This document shows, piece by piece, positions 1 to 8,538 of a stretch of DNA of 30,626 nt (within the stretch, counting starts at the first letter, position 1; each line of letters opens with the position of its first letter). Origin of the DNA: a virus (Duplodnaviria; Caudoviricetes). The position numbers and the translations under genes are program-made. Where the stretch lies: positions 1 to 30,626 of IMG/VR virus record IMGVR_UViG_3300031519_003965; one strand, given 5' to 3'. The notes beneath the pieces are model-generated. The model saw nothing but the letters and a program-made list of their open reading frames with translations, did no database searches and was not told the DNA's origin.

Positions 1-72
1 GCTGATGACTTTGCTAACGAATATGCTGTGAAATGCTTTAAGCAGTATAAATGGCTATGGAGAGGAAAATGA
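1..72 (+). CDS. 3' end of an upstream gene (partial, unknown product)
   Basis: Frame 1 is open from base 1 (ADDFANEYAVKCFKQYKWLWRGK) to TGA at 70-72, which overlaps the next ATG at 69 (ATGA coupling). Confidence 0.55.
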   Translation, partial: ADDFANEYAVKCFKQYKWLWRGK

Positions 73-782
73 AAAACTATAAATTAATAACGCTTCTTGC
101 AGTTTTCTCTGTAGGAATTTGGTCAGCAGATAACGAAATATATATAGATCAATCAGGAGCAACAGCAAACATAGACCTAGAACAACTAGGATCTGGAAAC
201 CTTATAGGCGGATTACTAGCCATAGCAGGTCAAATGACCGCAGCTGATTTTGACGGCGGAAACCTTACCTTAGATGTAAACCAAATTGGTAATACTAACA
301 AGTTCCTAGCAGACGTATACGCAGACTCACTTACAGCCTTCTTTGAATTTGATGGTGACAGCAATAACTATACCCTGACAATAGATCCAGATAATACTTT
401 TGGTGCAGATGGCTCAGACTTAAACGTGGTTGCCACTGGATCGTCTAATACATTTACCCTAGACCTAGGAACAACAGGCTTGGCATCTAACACAGACCTT
501 GACTGGATCATTAACGGCGACAGCAATACTTTTGATTTTGATATAAACTATGATGGTGCTACCAACTATGTAGATGTTGATGGCAACAGTAACAACGTAA
601 ACTTTACAGGAAGTGGATATGCAGGTGGGTACTTCTATCTCGACCAAACAGGAAATAGTAGAACATTCAATATCATCCAGTCTTCAACTCTTGCTTCTGA
701 TTGGCTACAGATTAACTCTACTGGCTCTAATGGTACTATCTGTGTCGTTCAAAACGATGGCGGAACCACAACAAGCTGTTGA
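69..782 (+). CDS. Secreted curlin-like (CsgA/CsgB-like) beta-solenoid repeat protein
   Basis: Start at ATG 69 (GGAGAGG upstream) is better than 51. Sec-type signal MKNYKLITLLAVFSVGIWS. Repeated beta-strand + (Q)xGxxN units (EQLGSGN, NQIGNTN, DGDSN, TGSSN, NGDSN, DGNSN, DQTGNSR); rich in G/N/D/S/T; C-terminal Cys pair. Confidence 0.75.
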   Translation: MKNYKLITLLAVFSVGIWSADNEIYIDQSGATANIDLEQLGSGNLIGGLLAIAGQMTAADFDGGNLTLDVNQIGNTNKFLADVYADSLTAFFEFDGDSNNYTLTIDPDNTFGADGSDLNVVATGSSNTFTLDLGTTGLASNTDLDWIINGDSNTFDFDINYDGATNYVDVDGNSNNVNFTGSGYAGGYFYLDQTGNSRTFNIIQSSTLASDWLQINSTGSNGTICVVQNDGGTTTSC

Positions 783-1809
783 AGTAGGAAACATATCTGA
801 GCTTAATGGCTCGGCACAAATTGTAAGAGATAAGTCCTATGAGGCTACAGAGTCTTTTGATATACAACAAAATGACGAGGCTGTTACGTCAAATGGTCGT
901 ATGGCTATTACGTTCTTAGATGACTCCCAAGTAAAACTAACAGAACATTCTCAACTTATAATAGATGAATATATCTATGACCCAGATCCATCTAAGTCAA
1001 AGATGGCTCTTACCTTCGGTCTTGGTACTGCTAGGTTTATAACTGGTGGTCTAAACAAGATAGACAAAAACAATATAGATCTTAAGACACCTACGGCAAA
1101 CATAGCAATACGCGGAACTGACTTTACGGTAACGGTGGACGAGACAGGCAGGTCGCTTTTGATTCTGTTACCAGATGAGTTTGGTGTATCTTCTGGGGAA
1201 ATACTTGTAACCACAGCTATGGGTACAGTTACCCTAAACAAACCATACCAAGCTACAACTGTAGATGTCTTTGAGAAAGCTCCAAGCAAACCAGTTATCC
1301 TAGATCTAACCTTAGACCTTATAGACAACATGCTAATCGTCAGCCCTCCTAAAGAAGAGTTGGTTATAGAAGAGGTTATACAAACTAAAAAGAAAAACAT
1401 ACTAGACTTCGATGGTCTTGACGAAGACTTCTTAGAAGAAGACTTTTTAAAAGAAGATGAACTAGAATTTAATGAACTGGATATTAACTACTTAGACGTT
1501 AATTTCTTAGAGGACTTGCTTGATGTTATAGATGCGTTAGGCGAAATAAACGAAGAAGATCAGTTGGCTCAAGATGCAACATCCACCAATATAACAGGCA
1601 CTAAGATGGGTCAAGATCTGGGAACTCAGATAACCACATTCCTGACTGGTCAAACATTAACCCTACTAAGAAGCGTAAGCGATACAGCTAGAGTAGATAT
1701 AGATGGTGCCGGGTCTTACACTGTTATCTTTATACAGGACGGAACCTCAAACATTATTAAAGTAAATGGTGGTAACGGTAGCACTATAAAAATAACCCAG
1801 AGTAATTAA
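613..1809 (+). CDS. FecR-domain periplasmic protein with acidic linker and C-terminal curlin-like strands (start uncertain: 613/619/730)
   Basis: FecR-type motifs VTSNGRMAITFLDDSQVKLTEHSQLII and LKTPTANIAIRGTDFTVTV. Hydrophobic N-terminal segment LQLLLLIGYRLTLLALMVLSVSF. Stop overlaps next ATG (TAATG). Confidence 0.8.
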   Translation: MDMQVGTSISTKQEIVEHSISSSLQLLLLIGYRLTLLALMVLSVSFKTMAEPQQAVEVGNISELNGSAQIVRDKSYEATESFDIQQNDEAVTSNGRMAITFLDDSQVKLTEHSQLIIDEYIYDPDPSKSKMALTFGLGTARFITGGLNKIDKNNIDLKTPTANIAIRGTDFTVTVDETGRSLLILLPDEFGVSSGEILVTTAMGTVTLNKPYQATTVDVFEKAPSKPVILDLTLDLIDNMLIVSPPKEELVIEEVIQTKKKNILDFDGLDEDFLEEDFLKEDELEFNELDINYLDVNFLEDLLDVIDALGEINEEDQLAQDATSTNITGTKMGQDLGTQITTFLTGQTLTLLRSVSDTARVDIDGAGSYTVIFIQDGTSNIIKVNGGNGSTIKITQSN

Positions 1810-3563
1810 TGAACAAGCTATTATTACCTATACTTATAATACTAGGACTCCCCCTAGTCTTTCAAAGTACCCCTACAGAAATACTTAAACTAAAGATATT
1901 TGATGCCTTGGTAGAAATTCCAGAGGAATCCGGGAACTTTGTTATTTTAAATATAGAGGAATCTGATATAGACAGGGAGGGTGGATATCCTATACCTAGG
2001 CAAAGACTTGGCGAGATACATAGAGAGATAATTGCTAAGGGGGCTATAGGGGTTGGATGGGTTATTTCTTTTCCCCACCCTGATCGTTTCGGGGGAGATA
2101 AATATTTTGCAGACTCTCTTCAACAAGGTACATCTATTTTGGCAATGTTTGAAGCCCCAAATCAAATATACCCAAAAACAGTTGGCACGGTGATACAAGG
2201 ACCAAACATCGGTGGTATGGTATCCAAGGGTGTAGTACAGAATACTTACAACCTTAGAAACAAATATATACAAGAAGGTATATCTGCTGCACCCACCGAC
2301 ATTGACAATCTAGTCAGAAGAATGCCATTACTATTAAAGACCCCAGACGGATATGTAAGCTCGTTTGGTATAGAAGTATTAAAAAGCTTGGTTGGAGCAA
2401 GAACCTATATTATTAAAACAAACGAAAATGGTATAGAGCAGATTGCAGTCAGGGGACTGCCACCAATTCCAACAGATAGTTTTGGTCGTAAATGGATATC
2501 ATGGGTAGATACCCCCCAAACAAATTTAAAAGACATGGATGTTAAAAATAGATTTGTTTTTGTCGGCATTACTGCCCCCGGAATCATGCCACAAGTTGCA
2601 ACTCCAGTTGGATTATTAGAGCCACATAAAATTCAAGCAGCACTATCTGAGTCAATCCTTATTGAAAACTCTCCAATGATCCCAGATTATGCCTTGGCGT
2701 TAGAAATTTTAATTTTTGGAATTTTTGTGTCTCTGACATGGCTTGTAATTAATTATCTTGGTATAACTAAGGGCATAAGTATAGCTATAGCATTACTCTT
2801 TACCACGGGCTTCTTAGGAGCCTACAGTATACATAGGGGTTTTTTAGTAGACTTTTCATGGACTTTTATCTCACAATGCGTAGTTTCTGGTATTGCCTTC
2901 TATTTAAACTTCAGGAAACAGTTTAAACTCCGACAACAGGTCAAGAAACAGTTTGAACATTACCTTGATCCAAGACAAGTTAGGCAATTACAAGATAACC
3001 CGGAGATGTTAAAATTAGGAGGAGAAAAAAGATACGCAACATTTCTCTTCACAGACGTAAGAGGCTTCACATCCTTATCAGAAAAATTGGAACCAGAAGA
3101 AGTAACCGAGATAATGAATAAGGTTCTTACCATTCAGTCAGATACTGTAAAGTTTTATGATGGAATGGTAGATAAATATATTGGCGATGCAATGATGGCA
3201 ATCTTTAATGCACCTTTAGACTTAGAGGGTCATGAAGAAGCAGCCGTCTTATGTGCCAAGGAAATACAAGACAAAGTACAACTATCTGGATTGGGTCTTG
3301 AGATAGGCGTTGGGGTCGCTACAGGATTCGCGGTGATTGGAAATATGGGGAGCTCAACTAGGTTTGATTACACAGCTATTGGTGATTGTGTAAATACCGC
3401 AGCAAGGCTTGAATCAGCCACTAAAGAGGTTGGCGTAGATATATTGATTGGAGAAGAGACTGCCAAAAAGTGCGGTTTTGAGTTAAAATTATTAGAACCA
3501 ATTAAAGTTAAGGGTAAAGAGAAGCCCTTGCAAATTTACACTATCAATCATGATAGAGGATAG
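1809..3563 (+). CDS. CHASE2-domain membrane adenylate cyclase (class III, IIIb-type)
   Basis: N-terminal TM, CHASE2-like periplasmic region (VILNIEESDI..GYPIPRQ, DIDNLVRRMPL, FVFVGITAPG..TPVG), three TM helices, then cyclase motifs FTDVRGFT, VDKYIGDAMMAIF, IGVGVATG..IGNMGS, DYTAIGDCVNTAARLES and IKVKGK. Confidence 0.93.
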   Translation: MNKLLLPILIILGLPLVFQSTPTEILKLKIFDALVEIPEESGNFVILNIEESDIDREGGYPIPRQRLGEIHREIIAKGAIGVGWVISFPHPDRFGGDKYFADSLQQGTSILAMFEAPNQIYPKTVGTVIQGPNIGGMVSKGVVQNTYNLRNKYIQEGISAAPTDIDNLVRRMPLLLKTPDGYVSSFGIEVLKSLVGARTYIIKTNENGIEQIAVRGLPPIPTDSFGRKWISWVDTPQTNLKDMDVKNRFVFVGITAPGIMPQVATPVGLLEPHKIQAALSESILIENSPMIPDYALALEILIFGIFVSLTWLVINYLGITKGISIAIALLFTTGFLGAYSIHRGFLVDFSWTFISQCVVSGIAFYLNFRKQFKLRQQVKKQFEHYLDPRQVRQLQDNPEMLKLGGEKRYATFLFTDVRGFTSLSEKLEPEEVTEIMNKVLTIQSDTVKFYDGMVDKYIGDAMMAIFNAPLDLEGHEEAAVLCAKEIQDKVQLSGLGLEIGVGVATGFAVIGNMGSSTRFDYTAIGDCVNTAARLESATKEVGVDILIGEETAKKCGFELKLLEPIKVKGKEKPLQIYTINHDRG

Positions 3564-3568
3564 AATAA

Positions 3569-4054
3569 ATGAAGTTCGGATTAATTAAAAATTTAGTAGG
3601 TGCTGTAGCTCCAACACTTGGATCAGCATTAGCAGGACCCCTTGGAGGTCAGGCGGCATCGGTAATAGCAAATGTTTTAGGATGCCAGTCAGACGCAAAG
3701 TCTATTAATAAAGCAATACAAAGTGCAACCCCGGAGCAAATGCTAGAACTTAAAAAAGCAGAGCAACAATTTGAGGTTCAAATGAAAGAGCTGGATGTTG
3801 ATATATTTTCTTTAGAGACGGCAGACAAGCAAGATGCTCGTGGTAGATTCAGTAAAGACTGGACAGCTCGTATCATAGGTGTTGTAGTAGTAGGCGGATT
3901 CATGGGATATATCTTTCTTGTAACCTTGCAGCCCCCAGAACAGAACTCTGAAGCTTTAATCAATTTAGTTTTGGGATATCTAGGAGGATTGGCTAGTGCT
4001 GTGATATCTTTTTATTTTGGTGCGTCACATTCGCCAGATAAAGAAAAGGATTAA
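3569..4054 (+). CDS. Putative holin (3TM/GTA-holin-like membrane protein)
   Basis: Gly/Ala-rich N-terminus APTLGSALAGPLGG, charged middle with DKQDAR, two C-terminal TM segments ending ISFYFGAS; pattern typical of phage 3TM holin-like proteins. Confidence 0.65.
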   Translation: MKFGLIKNLVGAVAPTLGSALAGPLGGQAASVIANVLGCQSDAKSINKAIQSATPEQMLELKKAEQQFEVQMKELDVDIFSLETADKQDARGRFSKDWTARIIGVVVVGGFMGYIFLVTLQPPEQNSEALINLVLGYLGGLASAVISFYFGASHSPDKEKD

Positions 4055-4057
4055 AAC

Positions 4058-5740
4058 GTGGCTGGATTTAAATTACAAACATTTAGTGGACTAAATAAAA
4101 AAATAGGTCCTAGGTTATTGCCAGAGGATGTAGCTCAGGAAACAACCAATACATTTCTAGATAGAGGAAGGCTAGAGGGCTTACCTGCGGACGTTAATGA
4201 TGCCTCAGAGACAGGACCAACACACCCAGCATCAAACATAAGTGCCTCAACAAGCACTATATTTAAAGCAACCGACAGTGCTTGGTTTACTTTCAACAAT
4301 GACGTTGATGTTATTAAGAGCCCTATAAGAGAGGACTCCTTTAGTAGATTTTACTTTACTGGTTTCTCAGGAAGTTCTGGGTTCCCAAGGATGGTAGATG
4401 CGGCAAACGGAATATCAGGAAGTGGTCCCTATCCAGTAACAAGTTATAGGCTTGGACTGCCTGTTCCAGCTCCATTCACTTCAGCCCCAAGCATAGACAA
4501 TTCAACTGCGGACGATGGTGCTACCACTAGCTCAAGGGCTTATGTTTACACAGAGATAACCACCTTCGGAGAGGAGGGTCCCCCAAGTCTTGTAGCATCA
4601 ACTGATATTATTGATGCAGCTAATGGGTCTACAATAACCCTATCTTTACCAGCAGGATCTAGCGGTGTTTATACAATAGCTAAAAGAAGAATATATAGAA
4701 CAGACCTTAATGGTGTGTTTAGATTTGTCAAAGATATTGCAGGTATTACTTCTGGAACTACAACAGATGCCGTCCTAGACGCTTCTCTCGGGGAAGAAAT
4801 AGAATCCGCCGATAACCTAGCACCGCCAGATGATGTATCATCAGACCATCCAGACGGACCTATGTTTGGAATCACTACTATGCCTAATGGAATAACAGCA
4901 GGCTTCAGTGGTAACACGTTATTATTTAGTGAGCCATTCCTACCCCATTCATATCCTAGGGCTAATCAATTAACAACAGCCTCTGACGTTGTAGGTATAA
5001 CATCTATAGCCTCTGGTCTTTTAGTAACAACCAAAGGCAAGCCAGTTATTGTTTCAGGTACAGATCCTAGATCAATGGCTTCAGTAGAAATAGACGCTAA
5101 TCTACCAAACACAAACAAAAGATCATTGGTTGACATGGGAGAGTACGCAATATATTCATCTCCAGACGGGCTAGTTCTAGCAACCAACACTGGGGTTCAG
5201 CTAATAACACAGTCAATATTCACTCGTGATCAATGGCAGAGCTACTACCCAGAAAACATAGAAGCTTACGAGTACGAGGGTAAGTACATAGGATTTACTT
5301 GGGACGGATCTAACTCAGGAACCAAGAAAGGATTCTTATTTGACCCAAGGGGTCAGAAGAATGCGTTTATAGATTTAGATTTTTATGCACAAGCAGGATT
5401 TAATGACAGAGAGAATGACGAGCTTTATCTTGTTATTAGTGGTGTTCTTAAGAAGTTTGCTAGATCAACAAGTCCAAGGTCATACTCTTGGAAGTCAAGA
5501 GAGTTTTATTCAAACAAGCCCATGTCGCCGGGCGTAGCTAAGATAAGTGCTGAGTCCTATAGCGATTTAACATTTAAGCTATACGCTGATGGATCTTTAA
5601 AACACACCCAAACGGTTACTAATAATAATATCTTTAGATTACCCGGAGGTTATCAGGCTAAAGCATTTCACATAGTTATTGAAGGCACAGATGCCGTTAA
5701 CGAAGTTTGTGTTTATGAAAGCCCTAGGGAGATAACCTAA
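4058..5740 (+). CDS. Podovirus tail nozzle / tail tubular-type structural protein
   Basis: 560 aa, beta-rich. Motifs FSGL..IGPRLLP, SRAYVYT..FGEEGPPS, RRIYRT, FSEPFLPHSYP and YSSPDGLV, as recalled for 933W/phi24B-like nozzle proteins. Lies directly before the central fibre. Confidence 0.7.
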   Translation: MAGFKLQTFSGLNKKIGPRLLPEDVAQETTNTFLDRGRLEGLPADVNDASETGPTHPASNISASTSTIFKATDSAWFTFNNDVDVIKSPIREDSFSRFYFTGFSGSSGFPRMVDAANGISGSGPYPVTSYRLGLPVPAPFTSAPSIDNSTADDGATTSSRAYVYTEITTFGEEGPPSLVASTDIIDAANGSTITLSLPAGSSGVYTIAKRRIYRTDLNGVFRFVKDIAGITSGTTTDAVLDASLGEEIESADNLAPPDDVSSDHPDGPMFGITTMPNGITAGFSGNTLLFSEPFLPHSYPRANQLTTASDVVGITSIASGLLVTTKGKPVIVSGTDPRSMASVEIDANLPNTNKRSLVDMGEYAIYSSPDGLVLATNTGVQLITQSIFTRDQWQSYYPENIEAYEYEGKYIGFTWDGSNSGTKKGFLFDPRGQKNAFIDLDFYAQAGFNDRENDELYLVISGVLKKFARSTSPRSYSWKSREFYSNKPMSPGVAKISAESYSDLTFKLYADGSLKHTQTVTNNNIFRLPGGYQAKAFHIVIEGTDAVNEVCVYESPREIT

Positions 5741-8142
5741 TGGGAACGCCCAAGGGAAACTTTGTAGTCCCAAGAAATTTTGACCCAGAGCAGAAAAGAT
5801 TTGCCCAGTCATTAAATGAATCTGTTGCTGTACTCAGGGGAGAACTTGGAGATCCACTCGATGCTGCGGTTACTTATAATGATTTAATAGACTCTGGTAT
5901 TGCTAAGAGGGATCTTAGAATTGGAAGCGGTGGATTTATAGGAGGACCGGGAAGGGTTATTATTATCCCCGGAGACGGAACTGTCCTAGATATACCGCCA
6001 GCACCAACAGGTGTTGAGGTAAGTGGTGCATTTCAAAATATACTTATTACATGGGATGCTGCCACATTTGTTGGATTTTCTTATGCTGAAATATGGACTG
6101 CAACCTCCAACACATTTGCTGACAGGGTTTTGGTTGGAACATCTACCGCCTCAGTATTCTCGCATCAGGTGGGCAACGGACAAACAAGATACTATTGGAT
6201 TCGTTTTGTTAATATACAGGGCGTAATAGGACCCTTTAATTCAACAACAGGTATAGGCGACAGCACGGTTATTGATATTGGTGCACAGATGGCATTGCTT
6301 TCAGAGGGTCTCCAAAACCTGCCCGGGTATGCTGCTCTTACTACACTAATTACAAATGCGGACGTAGCTGTTGCTGCCACAGCAGCAGTTGCAGCCAGAG
6401 TAATAAGAAGTAGCGGGGCACCTACAACCAGAGAAGACAGCTCTGCCTTAACGGTAAATGATATTTGGTTTGATACAGATGATGGTCAGGTCTACACAAG
6501 AAATGCAGCCAACAATGATTGGGTAGCAGGACGAGACGCTACTTTAGTTAGTGTATTTGGTGCCACTAGTTTTACAGGAAGTACACTCACGGGGGCTATG
6601 GCTGCCGCACAATCAGATATTGTTACAGTTACTAATGCACAAAGCTCTACTGCATCTTCTTTAACAAGTTTGACTTCAACTGTTGGAACTAATACATCAG
6701 CAATATCTACAGAGCAGACTACCAGAGCAGATGCAGACACGGCTCTTGCTACGGCAATAACAAATCTAACAGCTTCAGTTAATACTAATACAGCAGGAAT
6801 AAGCACTGAACAAACTGCCAGAGCAGATGCTGATACAGCCTTGGCAACAGATATAACAAATCTAACAGCTTCAGTTAATACTAATACAGCAGGAATAAGC
6901 ACTGAACAAACTGCCAGAGCAGATGCTGATACAGCCTTGGCAACAGATATAACAAATCTAACCGTTACAGTTGGAACCAATGCAGCATCCATATCTACCG
7001 AAGCTACAGCTAGAGCAGATGCTGATACAGCCAATGCATTAGCTATAACCAACCTAACATCTACCGTTGGAGATGCAAACGCAAGCATTACATCACTACA
7101 AACAGTTACTACAAACTTATCAAATGATGCTAGTGCGGCATACGTTCTTCAGGTAAATGCAAATGGATCTGTTGCTGGTATGGTTATTGAAGCAAACGCT
7201 TCTGATGCTGGTGACAATAGTGGGTCGGCAATTCAGTTTGTTTCTGATAAATTTGCAATTTGGAATGGGACTAGTGGGACTGCTCCATTTATAGTTTCTG
7301 GTGGCACGGTGTTCATAGCAAACGCAATGATAGAAAATGGTGCTATAACCAACGCAAAGATACAAGACGCGACAATTGATAATGCAAAAATAACTGCGAC
7401 ACTAGATGCAGCTAAAATAACAGCAGGAACCATATCAACTGATAGGTTAGATGCCTCTGTTATTGTTGCAACAGACCTTTCAGCAAACACATCCACTGTT
7501 ATACATGGTGGAAATATAACAACTGGAACAATATCAGCCAATCGTTTGGATACCTCTGTTATTGTTGCAACAGACCTTTCAACCAATACCTCGACTGTTA
7601 TACATGGCGGAAATATAAGCACCAATACAATTACAGCAGATAAAATAAATGTTACTAACTTGGCTTTAGACTATACAGCCGCGACTGTTTCAGGATCTAC
7701 TATAGGAGGGTTTGCAAACAACCAAATGAGGCTTCATCTAGTTGCTGAACTTGGAACCGAGCCGGGCTTGTACCATATATTTTGTCGAGTCTTTGGCGGA
7801 ACTGGTCAGGTTAAAACTCTGTCTATTGTTGCGGGTGATGGCACTTGGGGATCAGGATCTAGTTTTCAATTAAGAAGCGATTTTGCATATCAGGATGGTC
7901 CATCACCCACAATACCAACACTAGATCAAGGTTATGCTCAATATCATTCAGGGCAAACTCAATATTGGTCAGCCATTAATAGGTTTGATAGTAGTTACGA
8001 AATGGTTCAAAAAGATTTTATTGTTAGAAAGGTAAGCAGTACAAGTAGCACATTAAGACTATTCGTTCTTGGACAGGGAGACAATGGAACCAGATACTTA
8101 TCCAATGTTCAATACGGGTTCTATAAATTCTCGGAGATATAA
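5740..8142 (+). CDS. Central tail fibre / host-specificity protein (FN3 + coiled-coil repeats + DUF1983-like)
   Basis: FN3-like PPAPTGVEVSGAFQNILITWD...TRYYWIRFVN; 32-aa EQTARADADTALA repeats; J-like AYVLQVNANGSVAGM...DKFAI..PFIV.GGTVFI.NAMIENGAITNAKI; distinct C-terminal head region. Confidence 0.8.
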   Translation: MGTPKGNFVVPRNFDPEQKRFAQSLNESVAVLRGELGDPLDAAVTYNDLIDSGIAKRDLRIGSGGFIGGPGRVIIIPGDGTVLDIPPAPTGVEVSGAFQNILITWDAATFVGFSYAEIWTATSNTFADRVLVGTSTASVFSHQVGNGQTRYYWIRFVNIQGVIGPFNSTTGIGDSTVIDIGAQMALLSEGLQNLPGYAALTTLITNADVAVAATAAVAARVIRSSGAPTTREDSSALTVNDIWFDTDDGQVYTRNAANNDWVAGRDATLVSVFGATSFTGSTLTGAMAAAQSDIVTVTNAQSSTASSLTSLTSTVGTNTSAISTEQTTRADADTALATAITNLTASVNTNTAGISTEQTARADADTALATDITNLTASVNTNTAGISTEQTARADADTALATDITNLTVTVGTNAASISTEATARADADTANALAITNLTSTVGDANASITSLQTVTTNLSNDASAAYVLQVNANGSVAGMVIEANASDAGDNSGSAIQFVSDKFAIWNGTSGTAPFIVSGGTVFIANAMIENGAITNAKIQDATIDNAKITATLDAAKITAGTISTDRLDASVIVATDLSANTSTVIHGGNITTGTISANRLDTSVIVATDLSTNTSTVIHGGNISTNTITADKINVTNLALDYTAATVSGSTIGGFANNQMRLHLVAELGTEPGLYHIFCRVFGGTGQVKTLSIVAGDGTWGSGSSFQLRSDFAYQDGPSPTIPTLDQGYAQYHSGQTQYWSAINRFDSSYEMVQKDFIVRKVSSTSSTLRLFVLGQGDNGTRYLSNVQYGFYKFSEI
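6757..6962 (+). repeat. Perfect 96-bp tandem duplication within the tail fibre gene (part of about 4 degenerate 32-aa units, ~6706-7090)
   Basis: 6757-6852 is identical to 6853-6948, and the first 14 nt recur at 6949-6962. Confidence 0.95.
7426..7625 (+). repeat. Degenerate 99-bp (33-aa) tandem repeat in the tail fibre gene
   Basis: cctctgttattgttgcaacagacctttca at 7454 and 7553; protein (A/T)SVIVATDLS.NTSTVIHGGNI occurs twice. Confidence 0.9.
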
Positions 8143-8489
8143 TGGCAATACATAACTTTAACTACACTTATGATTATGTTGGAATTAAAACAATGCCAAT
8201 GAGCATTGACGACTCTACACAAATAGTTAGAGAAATATGCGTAGAGGTAACGGCAGTAGATCAGGCGGACTCAAGCCAAACACTATCAGAGAATCTTTAT
8301 GCACCATTGCAAGGTATCTTTTCAATACGAGACAACGGTCTTCCAGATAACTTTATTACTGTAGATAATTTAACAGAATCAAACATTATTAATTGGTATA
8401 AAAATAGCACTACCACAGAAGACTTAGATGGTTACTTTACATGGAAAATATATGGACCTGATGAGGCTAGTGAAACTACGCCAGAATAG
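8142..8489 (+). CDS. Small acidic protein after the tail fibre, possible fibre chaperone or assembly factor
   Basis: Starts immediately after the fibre gene; 115 aa, with NFITVDNLTESNIINW motif. Function inferred from position. Confidence 0.5.
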   Translation: MAIHNFNYTYDYVGIKTMPMSIDDSTQIVREICVEVTAVDQADSSQTLSENLYAPLQGIFSIRDNGLPDNFITVDNLTESNIINWYKNSTTTEDLDGYFTWKIYGPDEASETTPE

Positions 8490-8538
8490 TAATATAATGG
8501 TACATAATTATGCAATTTAATGATATCTTAAAAAAGAA

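Noticed and set aside
1-72. Partial upstream ORF as the C-terminus of CsgG
   Set aside because: 23 residues are too few and show no recognisable CsgG motif; upstream sequence is needed.
1809-4054. Cyclase plus TM protein as a Pycsar/CBASS-like defence pair
   Set aside because: The cyclase has a CHASE2 receptor architecture and ATP-specifying residues, and the TM protein has no visible cyclic-nucleotide-binding domain.
6757-6962. Fibre repeats as a DGR template/variable repeat pair
   Set aside because: The copies are tandem, in frame and identical rather than differing at adenines; no reverse transcriptase is in the window.
6492-7625. Long minus-strand ORFs 6492-7088 and 7233-7625
   Set aside because: Antisense shadows of the repetitive Ala/Thr-rich fibre gene; no RBS or independent family signal.
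8490-8538. AT-rich gap with TATAAT and a CATAATTATG palindrome
   Set aside because: No matching -35 at proper spacing, and such words are common in AT-rich DNA; cannot be supported as a promoter or recombination site.
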